A stretch of DNA of 64,000 nt from a virus. The stretch lies in the IMG/VR virus record IMGVR_UViG_3300035670_000025; one strand, given 5' to 3'. The notes beneath the pieces were generated by a model. It searched no databases. It was not told where the DNA came from and saw only the letters and a program-made list of their open reading frames with translations. Shown here one piece after another: positions 10,242 to 21,499 of the stretch (position 1 is the stretch's first letter; each line of letters opens with the position of its first letter). A program made the translations under genes and the position numbers.

Positions 10242-11816
10242 ATGGGAAAATTAACACCACATTTTAAAACTGCGATGGTAGAAGATATCATTAAGTCTAT
10301 ACAGACAGGCAGTTCATATTATTACGGGTTTGCTGCCAATCCGGACGAATGGACTGGAAATACAATTCCTATAGAAACTTCTGATGAATATACTTCTTAT
10401 TTTTTTAATAATTGGACAATGTTATTTGGCAAAAGAATAACTAATACTGATATTTTTCCAGTAATAAGAAGAATTACTTGGGCAGCAAACACAGTATATG
10501 ACAAATTTGATAATACAAAAACAACATTAGGCAATTCAAATTTTTATGTTATTGTAAATCCTTCAGAAGAAGGAGGATTTTATAACATTTTTAAGTGCCT
10601 CAACAATGCAAATGGTGCTGCATCAACTGCAAAACCAGAACAAATTCAAGCAACATCATTCACTACAGAAGACGGATATGTTTGGAGATATATTACTTCT
10701 ATTGCAGATAAAGTAGTAAAAAGATTTGGAACAGAAGCATTTATGCCTGTATATGCAAATGGAGAAATGGTAGAATCTGCATACGAATATTCTGGTATAG
10801 ATGTAGTAACAATACAAAATTCAGGAGTTGGTTATGATGTAACCAGCAACGGAACAATATTAGGAATAGTAAATAGCACAGTATTACAGATTAGCAGTGC
10901 TGCTGAAGGACAAACTGGTTATTATACGAACAATTCAATTTATATAACATCCAACACACAACCATCACAATTGAGAGTTGTTAGCAATTCATTTTCAAAT
11001 GCATCTGGTATATATGTTCGGTTGTCAAGTCCTGCAACAACATCATACATAACACCATCAATATCAAGATATTATATTGGTCCTCAAGTAAAATTTTCCA
11101 CTGACGGTGATGAAAGTCCATCAGCAATTGCATTAGTGAATGCTTCTACAAAAGGCATACACACTATACAATTAGTAAATAAAGGATATGGTATAACCAG
11201 AGCAGACATACAAATAATAACATCTCCGGTTGCAACTGCATCACAAAATACTGCCACTGCTGCAAATGTTGTTTGTATTCCTGCTCCTCCTGGTGGGCAT
11301 GGAGCAAATCCAGTAACAGAACTTTATTCACAAGGAGTATCATTCAATTTTAATTTTGCAAACAGTGAATTAGGAACAATTCCAATAAATGTAAAATACA
11401 ACAAAATAGGATTGATTAAAAACCCATCAACATTGACTCTGACTGCTGAAAAGGGTGGAGCATATACTGCGAACACATTTAATTCACTAATTAATGCAGC
11501 ATTAACGAGCAACGGAACCCCTTCTCCATTTACCGTGGGGGATATACTGACTGGACAAACTTCTGGTGCAAAAGCAAAAATTGCAGCAATAGAGAATGTT
11601 GAAGGAACTTCAATAAAACTTGTTGGGGATAAAAATTTCATTGATACAGAAACTGTTATTGATAGTTCAAACAACAGTTCAACAATGACAACTGAATATT
11701 CTTCGATAAAAGATATATATACAAAAGACTTATATCCTATGTATTTTCAAAATATTGAAGCTACAGAAAGATCAAATTCACAAATAGAATCATTTAAAAT
11801 AATTATACAGGTATAA
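10242..11816 (+). CDS. gp8: Baseplate wedge subunit gp8
   Basis: RRITW...YD.FD, FYV...Y.IFKCLNN, DGYVWRY, PPGGHGANP, ERS.SQIE.FKIIIQ. Confidence 0.85.
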   Translation: MGKLTPHFKTAMVEDIIKSIQTGSSYYYGFAANPDEWTGNTIPIETSDEYTSYFFNNWTMLFGKRITNTDIFPVIRRITWAANTVYDKFDNTKTTLGNSNFYVIVNPSEEGGFYNIFKCLNNANGAASTAKPEQIQATSFTTEDGYVWRYITSIADKVVKRFGTEAFMPVYANGEMVESAYEYSGIDVVTIQNSGVGYDVTSNGTILGIVNSTVLQISSAAEGQTGYYTNNSIYITSNTQPSQLRVVSNSFSNASGIYVRLSSPATTSYITPSISRYYIGPQVKFSTDGDESPSAIALVNASTKGIHTIQLVNKGYGITRADIQIITSPVATASQNTATAANVVCIPAPPGGHGANPVTELYSQGVSFNFNFANSELGTIPINVKYNKIGLIKNPSTLTLTAEKGGAYTANTFNSLINAALTSNGTPSPFTVGDILTGQTSGAKAKIAAIENVEGTSIKLVGDKNFIDTETVIDSSNNSSTMTTEYSSIKDIYTKDLYPMYFQNIEATERSNSQIESFKIIIQV

Positions 11817-11819
11817 CAA

Positions 11820-14800
11820 ATGGCATTAGAAAAAGACCTCAACGTCCCACCATATTTTGATGATTATGATCCAGAAAAGAATTATTATAGAGTTTTGTAT
11901 AGACCTACTGTTGCTGTTCAAGCAAGAGAATTGACACAACAACAGACAATATTACAATCTCAAATTGAAAGATTTGGAAATCATGTATTCAAAGATGGTT
12001 CAATTGTTGACGGTGTTGGTATAATTTATTATCCTAATGTTCATTTTATTGCGGTTGATGATTTCTTTTCATTTGCAAACGGATTAATTTCTGATATTTA
12101 TCCAACCACACTAACATCTAATACTGAAGAAACATATCTTGTAACAAATTCTACAGAATCAAACAGTGCAGTTCGTGCAACAATAAGAATTGCGAAAGAT
12201 GGTACTAAAGAAAATGCAAATAATACTTTTAGGGAAACAAATAGATTTTATTTAGATTATACTTTTACGGGAACAGATCTTGATGGAGATGATGTTAATA
12301 GATTTGCTCCTGGAGATACATTATATTTTTATAATTCCAATCAGAACAAATTTGGAACATTAGATGCTAATAATTTAACATATACAATTAATGCGTTGTC
12401 GTCTAATAGTGTATTTGATGCTGATGGAAATGCCTATTTGATTGGATGTACAGATGGTACAATTTATCAAAAAGGATTTTTCAGTTTAGTTAATAGACAA
12501 GTTATTACTGTCAGAGATTTTTCAACGAATGTAGATTCATATGTAGTTGGATTTGATACTACAGAAACAATTGTTGATGAAAATCAAGATGAATCTTTAT
12601 TGGATAATGCGTTAGGATATCCAAATGAAAATGCTCCTGGTGCACATAGATTAAAGTTGACCCCAACTTTAGTTTCCAAATTAAACACTGATACTTCAAA
12701 CAACAAAAATTTCTTTGCTATTGTTGAATTTGATAACGGATTTCCAACACAACAAAAAGATGATCCGTTTTATAATGTTTTAAACGAACAACTTGCAAGA
12801 AAAACATATGAAGAATCTGGAGATTATGTAGTCAATCCTTTTCAAGTAGAATCTATATTAGATGAAAACGATTCTCAACAATTTCGTTACAGAATATCTC
12901 CTGGAATAGGATATGTGAGAGGAAATAGAATTGAAAAAGTTGGAACATCGAAAGTAACTGTTCAGAAAGCAACAATAACAGAGGTTGCTGAAAACCAAAT
13001 AATAACAGCAAATTATGGAAATTATGTCATATGTAATGAATATTTGGGACAATTTGATTTTAAAAAATTGTCTGAAATTTCTTTATATGACCAACCACAA
13101 AAATCTATTTCTGAATATGAAGGAATTACAACGATTCCATCAGGGTCTGTTGTAGGATATGCTAACATAAGAGCAGTTGTTCATGAAGATGGTACAAAAG
13201 GATCTCCAAATGCTAGATATTATCTATATTTGTTTAATATAAGAATGAATTCTGGGAAAAATTTTTCCACAGATGTTAAAAGTATGTACATGGATGGAAC
13301 TTTTGGGAAAGCAAAAGCAGACATTATTCTTGAAAATGGAATTGCAGTAATAAAAGAATCTACAAAAACACAATCATATTTTGATACTGGGTTATCTGCG
13401 ATAAAGAGATTGACCAATAATACTGGCATAGGAGATACTAGTTTTATTTACAATCAAATAAAACAAGCAACACTTGCGACAGATGGTACAATATCTGTGA
13501 CCATAGATACTGCATATGCTGGCGCATCTTCAGAAAGATTAAATTCTACTACTGGTTCAACTTTAACAGGAAATTCTTTAGACGATTATAATATTTGCAT
13601 ATCATCAAGTACATATACTGCAAATTTAACAAGCACAGTTGCAGTAACATCAGGCACAAAGACCATAACAGGGTCAGGAACAAATTTTACCACAGAATTG
13701 GAAGCAAATTGTAATATAAGAATATATGCAAACACAACACAAACATATATCAGAAGAGTTGTTTCAATTGCAAATAACACATCTTTAACAATTGATACTG
13801 CATTACCATTTAGTAATGGCACATCTAATTATCAAAGATTTTTTGTTGCTGGATCACCATTGCCAATTCAATCTATTTCTATAACTTCTAACACAACATT
13901 TACAGCAAACGTAAACATACCAACAGCATCTTTTGACTCTGCAACAACACCACAAACAGTTTATTGTTCTTATCCAGTTAATAGAAATCAAGCAATTTCT
14001 ATTCCAAAAATAATTAACAAATCCAGATATGTAAAAATTAATTGTTCAAACAACACAACCACAACAACAGGTCCATGGGATTTGGGGCTTGTAGATGTTC
14101 ACAAAATAAAAAACATATATGTTGGAACAACATATGCAAACACAAATGCAGAGAGATCAACTTGGTTTGAATTAGATACAGGACAAAGAGATTCCTTTTA
14201 TGATCATGGCAGATTAATTGTAAAACCAGAATATTCTTCTGAAATAACAAGTTCAACAAGAATTCTCGTAGAATTAGATGTTTTTACAGCAAACTCCTCT
14301 GCCTCTATTGGATTTTTTTCAGTAGAATCTTATCCAATAGATGATGCAAACACTGCAAATACAACTGCTATACAAACAATAGAAATACCAACATATCAAA
14401 ATGTTAGTTTGAGAAATGTTATTGATTTTAGACCAGTAAAATACAACACAGCAAACGTTAATGCAACTGCAATTGGAGATGCTACAGAAAATCCAGCAAC
14501 ATCAAACACATCATTCAATGTTTCTGCATCTGGACAGCATTTTATCGCACCTGATTCTAATTTCACAGCAGACATTGAAAATTATTTACCACGAATTGAT
14601 TTGGTTACTCTTGATCCAAATGGTGTTTTTACAGTAAAACAAGGACAACCATCTACATTACCAAGAGCACCTTTTGTTGATGGTGATAGAAGCATAATTG
14701 CAGAATGTTATGTTCCAGCATATCCAACACCAACTAGAAAAGATTTTGAATTATATGGTCCTAACATAGATTATATTAGAATCAACTTAAAGACAAATAA

Positions 14801-17800
14801 AAGATATACTATGAAGGATGTTGGAACTCTAGAAGATAGAATTAGAAGATTAGAATATTATACGGTATTAAATGCATTAGAACAACAAGCTAAAGATTTG
14901 ACTATTCCAGATGCCAACGGATTAGATAGATTTAAAAATGGAATATTTGCAGACCCATTCAATTCTCATGGGTTGGGTAATGTTTCTGATATAGAATATA
15001 AAATATCAATTGATAAAGATGAAACTGTTGCCAGACCTATTTTTGATGTTCATGATGTCGATTTTAGATATATCAGTTCTAATTCTACCAACGTCCAAAT
15101 GACTGGACCAATTTTAACACTACCATATAATGAAGTAGTTGCTATTGGACAAAGATACGCTACAAAAGTAAGAAATACAACAGAAGCACTATGGCAATGG
15201 AACGGAAGAGTAAAACTATATCCATCTTATGATTTTTATCGTGATAGTAAAGAAGCACCAAACGTAAATGTAAATCTGGACTTAAGTACAGCATGGGAAA
15301 AATATGCAAACATGCCTTGGGACAAACTAGGATTACAAAATCCATTCTCGGCAATATATGGAGATTGGAGAAATGTTAAGAATTTGTCTGTTACTTCAGA
15401 ATCTGTTGTTGATGGTTATATAACCACAACAACAACGACAACAGAAACTTTGCAACAACAAATTGTAAAGCAAATGAAAATCAATTCTATTAATGAAGAA
15501 ATAAATTTGGGTTCATATGTAAAAGATATTACAGTACAACCTTATATGAGATCAAGGATTGTTGCTTTTGTTGCAACAAATATGAAACCAAATACTACTC
15601 TTCATGCATTTTTTGATGATATTAATGTAGATGAATATTGTGTTCAAGGAAATTTAAATGAAGATGATTTTCCAATCATTCCTGGTGTTCCAATTGCAGT
15701 AGCCGAAGGACAAGAAGATCTTGTCGTAAAACAACAAGTAGGATTTAATTGGGGAGAGGGATTAACATCAGACGCAAATGGATTTGTATGCGGGTTGTTT
15801 AGAATTCCTGAAGCACAATTCAGGACAGGAGATAGAGTATTTCAATTAACAAATGTTGATGATCTAGTTATTGGAGCTTCTGCGCAAATAACAACCTCAA
15901 AAGCAACCTTTACAGCAGATAACATTGCAGTGACAAAAGGTTCAACTACGATTAATATCAGGCAACCAGAATTTAATTACACAGAAACAGTAAAAGAAAG
16001 AACCATACAAAGCATTTCCGTTGATGTTGTTGATAATACTCCACAACAAACATATATACACGATGATCCAATCGCACAATCATTTTATGTAGAACCTCCA
16101 GAATACATTCCTGGTGTTTTTATGACAGGTGTGGGTGTATATTTTAAAAGCAAAGATCAAAATCTTGGGTGTTCTGTGTATCTTTGTGAAATGGAAAATA
16201 ATATGCCAGACACAAGGAGAATTTTGGCATCTTCATATTTAGAATCAAGTGCAATTTCTACAAGCAACAATGCTTCATTGGAAACAAAATTTAATTTTGA
16301 TTATCCTGTATACCTACTAAGAAATCAATATGCATTTTTTGTTCAACCTGACGGCAACAGTCCAGAATATCTAATATGGACTGCTGAAACAGGGGGGTAT
16401 GATGTTTCTTCAAATACACAAATTTTCTCCAATCCTTATACTGGATTGATGTTTATATCTGCAAATAGAGATACATGGACCGCATTTCAAAAAGAAGATT
16501 TGAAATTTAATATATATAGACCAAATTTCACTTCAAACACAGGAACTGCAATATTTAAAAATGATGATGACGAATTTTTAACTGTTGACGGATTTACTAA
16601 AGCAAATTCTTCAACAAGACTAGAAATTGGAGATACAGTATTTACTGTTAACACAACATCAGTTGATGTTGCAAATATTAATAGTATAATAGCAAATACT
16701 TTAGTTACAAATTTTGTTTCTGGTAGAATACAATATTTTGATGAAGCAAACGGTACACTATGGTTAGATTCTTCAACTGCAAATTCTACAACATATTTTT
16801 CAAATACAACAAATAAAACAATTGCAATTTATAGACCACAGGACGCATCAAACACATCCCATATCAATGTAAGCACTCTTGTTGCCTATGCTAATATTGT
16901 TACTGTTAACAATTTGAAATATCATGCGGTTGTTCCTAAATTTGGAATATTAGAACCAACAAGAACCTCTTTATCATTTTCATTTAAAGGCACATCAAAT
17001 TCAAACACATTTGATACAAAATACCAAAATGTTATCAATGAACTTGATTACCAATTCATTGATAATGAAAGACATATTGTGTCTAGGTCAAATGAAATAA
17101 CTTCTTTATCTTCAAATAAATCTTCAGAGTTTAAAATTGAATTGTCTACAGAGAATAGTTTGATTTCTCCTGTAATCAATCTTTCAAGAAAAGTAATGAT
17201 GTTTGTTCAAAATATTATCAATGATGATAATACTGATGAACACACCCGATATGGAAATGCAGCAAGCAAATATATTTCTAAAAAAGTTGTGTTGGCAGAC
17301 GGACAAGAAGCAGAGTCTTTGAACATTTATCTTACAGCATATAGACCTGTAGAAACTAATGTTGAAGTATATGCTAAATTTTTAAACAATGAAGATCCAC
17401 AACCATTTGATGATAAAGTATGGACAAAATTGCAGTATGCAAATAATAGCAATTTTATATATTCATCACAAACAAATACATCTGATTTTAAAGAATATTT
17501 GTTTACAGTACCTATCGTAAATTCTGTGCCATATGCAGCATTTGCAAATTCTGGATTTGATATATATAATCCTTTCCCTGGAGGGATATCAATCGAATCA
17601 AGCAATACCGCAATTTCTGCGAAAAAACACAATTTTAATGCAAACACACAAGTAAACAACACGAACGATACTATTACAATCACAGACGCAAATACATATT
17701 TTAGAGTAGGAGATCAAGTTTTATATTCTGTAGATTCTGGCAACACTGCAATAACAGGATTAATTTCAGGAATTTCTTATTTTATAAGTTATGCAAATGC

Positions 17801-18209
17801 CAGCCATATTGCACTTTCACAAACTAGAGATGGTGCTAATGTTGACATTGGTGCATCAACTACATCTGAAACAGGACATAATATTACAGGAACCTTCTTC
17901 TTGGAAGACATAACAGTAGGACAATTGATTAGAATAGAAGCAGATGATTATTTTGCTATAAGAACTGTTACTTCTATTGCAAACAATACATATCTTACGG
18001 TCGATAAAGGATTAGAACAAACAAACACAGCAGCAGTGTATTATATCTATCCAGATTCTCCAGATGATGGAATTGTGGAATATACAAACTCAGAAGGGTC
18101 AAGATTTGTTGGGTTTAAAGAATTTGCAATAAAAATTGTTCTATTATCAAATAATGCAGTAAGAGTGCCAAAATTGCAAGATGTAAGAGCAATTGCATTG
18201 CAAATGTGA
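11820..18209 (+). CDS. Large virion structural protein, VrlC/DUF4815-like
   Basis: LNVPPYFDDYD..KNYYRVL.RP..AVQARELTQ.Q; NENAPGAHRLK; KRYTMKDVG.LE.RI..LEYYT; DRFKNGIFAD.F; D.RAIAL C-terminus. Confidence 0.8.
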   Translation: MALEKDLNVPPYFDDYDPEKNYYRVLYRPTVAVQARELTQQQTILQSQIERFGNHVFKDGSIVDGVGIIYYPNVHFIAVDDFFSFANGLISDIYPTTLTSNTEETYLVTNSTESNSAVRATIRIAKDGTKENANNTFRETNRFYLDYTFTGTDLDGDDVNRFAPGDTLYFYNSNQNKFGTLDANNLTYTINALSSNSVFDADGNAYLIGCTDGTIYQKGFFSLVNRQVITVRDFSTNVDSYVVGFDTTETIVDENQDESLLDNALGYPNENAPGAHRLKLTPTLVSKLNTDTSNNKNFFAIVEFDNGFPTQQKDDPFYNVLNEQLARKTYEESGDYVVNPFQVESILDENDSQQFRYRISPGIGYVRGNRIEKVGTSKVTVQKATITEVAENQIITANYGNYVICNEYLGQFDFKKLSEISLYDQPQKSISEYEGITTIPSGSVVGYANIRAVVHEDGTKGSPNARYYLYLFNIRMNSGKNFSTDVKSMYMDGTFGKAKADIILENGIAVIKESTKTQSYFDTGLSAIKRLTNNTGIGDTSFIYNQIKQATLATDGTISVTIDTAYAGASSERLNSTTGSTLTGNSLDDYNICISSSTYTANLTSTVAVTSGTKTITGSGTNFTTELEANCNIRIYANTTQTYIRRVVSIANNTSLTIDTALPFSNGTSNYQRFFVAGSPLPIQSISITSNTTFTANVNIPTASFDSATTPQTVYCSYPVNRNQAISIPKIINKSRYVKINCSNNTTTTTGPWDLGLVDVHKIKNIYVGTTYANTNAERSTWFELDTGQRDSFYDHGRLIVKPEYSSEITSSTRILVELDVFTANSSASIGFFSVESYPIDDANTANTTAIQTIEIPTYQNVSLRNVIDFRPVKYNTANVNATAIGDATENPATSNTSFNVSASGQHFIAPDSNFTADIENYLPRIDLVTLDPNGVFTVKQGQPSTLPRAPFVDGDRSIIAECYVPAYPTPTRKDFELYGPNIDYIRINLKTNKRYTMKDVGTLEDRIRRLEYYTVLNALEQQAKDLTIPDANGLDRFKNGIFADPFNSHGLGNVSDIEYKISIDKDETVARPIFDVHDVDFRYISSNSTNVQMTGPILTLPYNEVVAIGQRYATKVRNTTEALWQWNGRVKLYPSYDFYRDSKEAPNVNVNLDLSTAWEKYANMPWDKLGLQNPFSAIYGDWRNVKNLSVTSESVVDGYITTTTTTTETLQQQIVKQMKINSINEEINLGSYVKDITVQPYMRSRIVAFVATNMKPNTTLHAFFDDINVDEYCVQGNLNEDDFPIIPGVPIAVAEGQEDLVVKQQVGFNWGEGLTSDANGFVCGLFRIPEAQFRTGDRVFQLTNVDDLVIGASAQITTSKATFTADNIAVTKGSTTINIRQPEFNYTETVKERTIQSISVDVVDNTPQQTYIHDDPIAQSFYVEPPEYIPGVFMTGVGVYFKSKDQNLGCSVYLCEMENNMPDTRRILASSYLESSAISTSNNASLETKFNFDYPVYLLRNQYAFFVQPDGNSPEYLIWTAETGGYDVSSNTQIFSNPYTGLMFISANRDTWTAFQKEDLKFNIYRPNFTSNTGTAIFKNDDDEFLTVDGFTKANSSTRLEIGDTVFTVNTTSVDVANINSIIANTLVTNFVSGRIQYFDEANGTLWLDSSTANSTTYFSNTTNKTIAIYRPQDASNTSHINVSTLVAYANIVTVNNLKYHAVVPKFGILEPTRTSLSFSFKGTSNSNTFDTKYQNVINELDYQFIDNERHIVSRSNEITSLSSNKSSEFKIELSTENSLISPVINLSRKVMMFVQNIINDDNTDEHTRYGNAASKYISKKVVLADGQEAESLNIYLTAYRPVETNVEVYAKFLNNEDPQPFDDKVWTKLQYANNSNFIYSSQTNTSDFKEYLFTVPIVNSVPYAAFANSGFDIYNPFPGGISIESSNTAISAKKHNFNANTQVNNTNDTITITDANTYFRVGDQVLYSVDSGNTAITGLISGISYFISYANASHIALSQTRDGANVDIGASTTSETGHNITGTFFLEDITVGQLIRIEADDYFAIRTVTSIANNTYLTVDKGLEQTNTAAVYYIYPDSPDDGIVEYTNSEGSRFVGFKEFAIKIVLLSNNAVRVPKLQDVRAIALQM

Positions 18210-18238
18210 TATACTCAGTTTTACTAAGAGGATAAACA

Positions 18239-18442
18239 ATGAAACGGTCTGATGGTTTTATTAGAGATAAACATAATCCAGGAGCAGTCATAAATACTGA
18301 TAACGCTGCTCTAAAAGCATATAAATTACAAAAAGCAAAACAAAAAAAATTGGATAACCAATTAAATGAAATCGAAAATGTAAAAAATGAAGTGAAAGAA
18401 ATGAAACAAATGCTTAACCTAATTCTAGAAAGATTAAAGTAA
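18239..18442 (+). CDS. Small conserved protein following the VrlC-like gene
   Basis: RD...GAVINTD followed by a coiled coil; RBS GAGGA. Confidence 0.6.
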   Translation: MKRSDGFIRDKHNPGAVINTDNAALKAYKLQKAKQKKLDNQLNEIENVKNEVKEMKQMLNLILERLK

Positions 18443-19246
18443 ATGACAATTTCCGTAGCAAATACATCAAATGGATCAACATTCCAATTCTGGTTAGATA
18501 GAACCAATGATCTTGCTGATGCTATGTCAAATAAAGTCATAACAGTCAATTCTGATACAACAACAGGTAATGCAGTTGTTAATGGAATATTTACTTCTAC
18601 TACACTTACCGCAAATACTTTAAGAGGCGGTAATACATCTACTGCTACCGTTCTTACACTTTCTTCAAATCTTCTAATAACTGGAACAAGGCTTGCCGTA
18701 GGAGATTCTACTGATAATCTCTATATAACTTCTTCTACAATTACTATAGGCAATTCTTCATCAAATACTGTTGCAAACAGTACTATAATTTCAATCGGAA
18801 ACTCAACTGTAAATACTATTGCAAATTCAATACAAGTATCTACTACAAATATATCTGTTGGAAATTCTACTCAAAATACTACAGTAAATTCAACAGGATT
18901 ATCTATCAATAATATTCCAATAGTATTATCATTAACTCTCAATGTCCAAACAACAAGTACTGCAACACAATTGGTTGATAGTTTTACTATTAGCACACAT
19001 AGAGCAGCAGAATACTTTGTAACAATAAAAGACAATAATGCTAATGCACATCAAGCAAATAAGTTAATGGTATTACATGAAGGAGCAGATGGTAATAGTT
19101 TAATCAATGATTTTGGTGTATTGATTACTAATACACAATTAGGAACATTTAGTTCTAATTCAAATACTACACATTGTAGAGTTTATGTAACACCTACAGT
19201 AAGCAATACCCAAATCAAAGGTATAAGAAATCTAATCGTTATTTAA
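18443..19246 (+). CDS. Virion structural/fibre protein
   Basis: TF..W..RTN N-terminus; C-terminal DSF....RAAEY.V domain; Asn/Ser/Thr-rich. Confidence 0.6.
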   Translation: MTISVANTSNGSTFQFWLDRTNDLADAMSNKVITVNSDTTTGNAVVNGIFTSTTLTANTLRGGNTSTATVLTLSSNLLITGTRLAVGDSTDNLYITSSTITIGNSSSNTVANSTIISIGNSTVNTIANSIQVSTTNISVGNSTQNTTVNSTGLSINNIPIVLSLTLNVQTTSTATQLVDSFTISTHRAAEYFVTIKDNNANAHQANKLMVLHEGADGNSLINDFGVLITNTQLGTFSSNSNTTHCRVYVTPTVSNTQIKGIRNLIVI

Positions 19247-19254
19247 TATTATGT

Positions 19255-19307
19255 TTTCACTGACACAGTGATTATACAGGTACAAAAAACATTGTCAAGG
19301 AAAAAAT
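19255..19307 (-). promoter_or_regulatory. Antisense sigma70-like promoter element, copy 1 (TTGACA-N16-TATAAT plus palindrome)
   Basis: Minus strand: TTGACA at 19298-19293, TATAAT at 19276-19271; 46/53 identical to 58143-58195. Confidence 0.7.
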
Positions 19308-19313
19308 GCATCA

Positions 19314-19634
19314 ATGGCAAAAATTAATTTAGTCATAGATCAAGGAACAACTTTTACTCAAGTTATTTCATTAACAACAGCAGCAGATGTTTCTGTTAAT
19401 ACTGATGTATACACTGCCCGTGGTCAAATTAGAAAACATTACTTATCAAACTCCTCTGTATCTTTTACAACCGCATTAGCAAATGGTGATTTGACTCTTT
19501 CTTTAACATCTGCACAAACAGCAAACATTGTTGCTGGAAGATATGTGTATGATGTAGAGTTGGTTGATACTTCAAATAATGTTACCAGATTACTAGAAGG
19601 AATTGTTACTATAACTCCGGAAGTTACTAAATGA
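19314..19634 (+). CDS. Conserved virion protein (tail-fibre region)
   Basis: NLVIDQGTTF...GQIRKHY...GRYVYDVE...R.LEG.V.ITP.VT pattern. Confidence 0.65.
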   Translation: MAKINLVIDQGTTFTQVISLTTAADVSVNTDVYTARGQIRKHYLSNSSVSFTTALANGDLTLSLTSAQTANIVAGRYVYDVELVDTSNNVTRLLEGIVTITPEVTK

Positions 19635-19879
19635 CCATTAAAGTAAAATTAAAAACACAACCAAAAATTATCACAAAGGTTGATATTGGAGAACCAACAG
19701 TTCCTGCTCGCATAACAGCAGGTGTTATTTCAACGAGATTAGATCAACTTACAGATGTAAATGCTGCTTCAGAGGTAGATGGGGGAACCCTTGTTTATAA
19801 TGCTAATACTGACACATACAATGTTGAAAAATTGGATTTTGATGATATTGACGGTCCTATTGATGCGGGAACATTTTAA
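19631..19879 (+). CDS. Small fibre-associated protein ending IDAGTF
   Basis: L..L.DV...DG.TLVYN motif; C-terminal DAGTF. Confidence 0.55.
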   Translation: MTIKVKLKTQPKIITKVDIGEPTVPARITAGVISTRLDQLTDVNAASEVDGGTLVYNANTDTYNVEKLDFDDIDGPIDAGTF

Positions 19880-19882
19880 AAA

Positions 19883-19890
19883 TATAAATA
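19883..19890 (+). promoter_or_regulatory. T4-type late promoter
   Basis: TATAAATA 22 nt upstream of the ORF at 19913. Confidence 0.75.
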
Positions 19891-19912
19891 AGAAATAAAA
19901 AAAGGATTTCCT

Positions 19913-21439
19913 ATGCCCAATTTAATACAGATTAAAAGGTCGTTAAATACCGCAATTCCTGCATCATTAGCAAACGGTGAACTTGCTTTCACTGCAAATG
20001 GTGATGTGCTCTATATTGGTTCTAATGGTTCAATTGTTGCTATTGGTGGCAAAAGAAATCCAGGAGTATTAACTGCCAATCAAGCACTGATTGCTAATGC
20101 AAATTCTGAAATAGATAAAATCATTGTTGCAAATGCTGCGATAACATCTATTTGGGCAAATGGTTCTTCCGGTTCAAATGGGCAAGTTTTAGTATCAAAT
20201 GGAACATCAATTTATTGGGGAACCGGAACATCTGGTTCAGATACATTTGTTCAATTTAATGATGGTGGTGTGGCAAATGGTGTTGCTGGATTCACCTTTA
20301 CTAAATCAACAAATACTCTTTTTGTCTCTAATACAATAACCATTGGTTCTGGTTCTATTACTGCAACCAATTATTCTGGTACTGCAAATAATGCAAATAA
20401 TCTTGGTGGAACTGCTGCATCCGATTATGCATTAAAAACTTATGCAGATGATAAAGCAGCAAATGCATATTCAAATGCTGTTTCATATGCTGCTACTGTT
20501 TCTGGTTCTGCATATTCAAATGCTATGTCAGATACTCTTTCTAGAAATGGTTCTTATACTGGAAATAATACCCTTGGTGGAACTAATACTGTAATTTCTT
20601 CTAATTTAACAGTCACTTCTGCAAAAATTGATGCTGCTGCTGCCAACTTATCTGTTAATAATGTGACAATTACAACAGATTTAACAGTTATTGGTAATAC
20701 CAGTTTAGGAAACAATGTCGCAGATACAATCTCTGTACTAGGTGTTATTACAGGCAATCTAAATCCTTCTGCTAATGTTACTTACCATCTTGGTAATAAT
20801 ACCATGAGATGGACTCAAGTCCATACACAAAATGTCCATTCTACAACAGGTTACTTTGATGGAAATGTTGAAATTGGTGGAGATCTTATTGTTTCTGGTA
20901 ATGTCACTACTACAAATGTTGGTTCGTTAATTGTAGGTGATGCCCAGATTCTTCTTGCTGCAAATAATCCAGGCGATTTATTAGATATTGGTTTCTCTGG
21001 TACTTATACTGATGGAGGTGCTACTGTCAGACATGCTGGATTTTTTAGAGATGCTACCGATCAATTATTTAAATTATTTGACAATCTTACACAAGATTTA
21101 ACTGGTAATAATACTATTGATACTGCTAATGCTTCTTATAGAATTGCTACTCTGAATACATATCTTTCATCAGGTGGTTTGTTTACAAATTCATCAGTGG
21201 TTTCTATTACTGCAAATTCAACTCTTAATGTTGATATTACTGCTAATACTATATCACTGTCTTCTCCATTATCAGGAAATTCAGGTGGTACTGGTTATAA
21301 TTCATATACTGCTGAAGAAATTCTTGTGGCAAATACTTCTAATGGATTTAGAAAACTTTCATTAGGAACAGATGGACAGGTTCTACAATCTAATGGTTCT
21401 GCATTGATTTATGAAGCGCTTGATGGCGGAAGTTTTTGA
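19913..21439 (+). CDS. Tail fibre protein with Mtd-like N-terminal domain
   Basis: IQIKRS....P..L..GELA N-terminus; G.QVL.SNG repeats; ends LDGGSF. Confidence 0.7.
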   Translation: MPNLIQIKRSLNTAIPASLANGELAFTANGDVLYIGSNGSIVAIGGKRNPGVLTANQALIANANSEIDKIIVANAAITSIWANGSSGSNGQVLVSNGTSIYWGTGTSGSDTFVQFNDGGVANGVAGFTFTKSTNTLFVSNTITIGSGSITATNYSGTANNANNLGGTAASDYALKTYADDKAANAYSNAVSYAATVSGSAYSNAMSDTLSRNGSYTGNNTLGGTNTVISSNLTVTSAKIDAAAANLSVNNVTITTDLTVIGNTSLGNNVADTISVLGVITGNLNPSANVTYHLGNNTMRWTQVHTQNVHSTTGYFDGNVEIGGDLIVSGNVTTTNVGSLIVGDAQILLAANNPGDLLDIGFSGTYTDGGATVRHAGFFRDATDQLFKLFDNLTQDLTGNNTIDTANASYRIATLNTYLSSGGLFTNSSVVSITANSTLNVDITANTISLSSPLSGNSGGTGYNSYTAEEILVANTSNGFRKLSLGTDGQVLQSNGSALIYEALDGGSF

Positions 21440-21499
21440 AATAGACACTATTATAATATAACGGATAATTTTTATACTGACTAATTTATGGAGTGAGAC

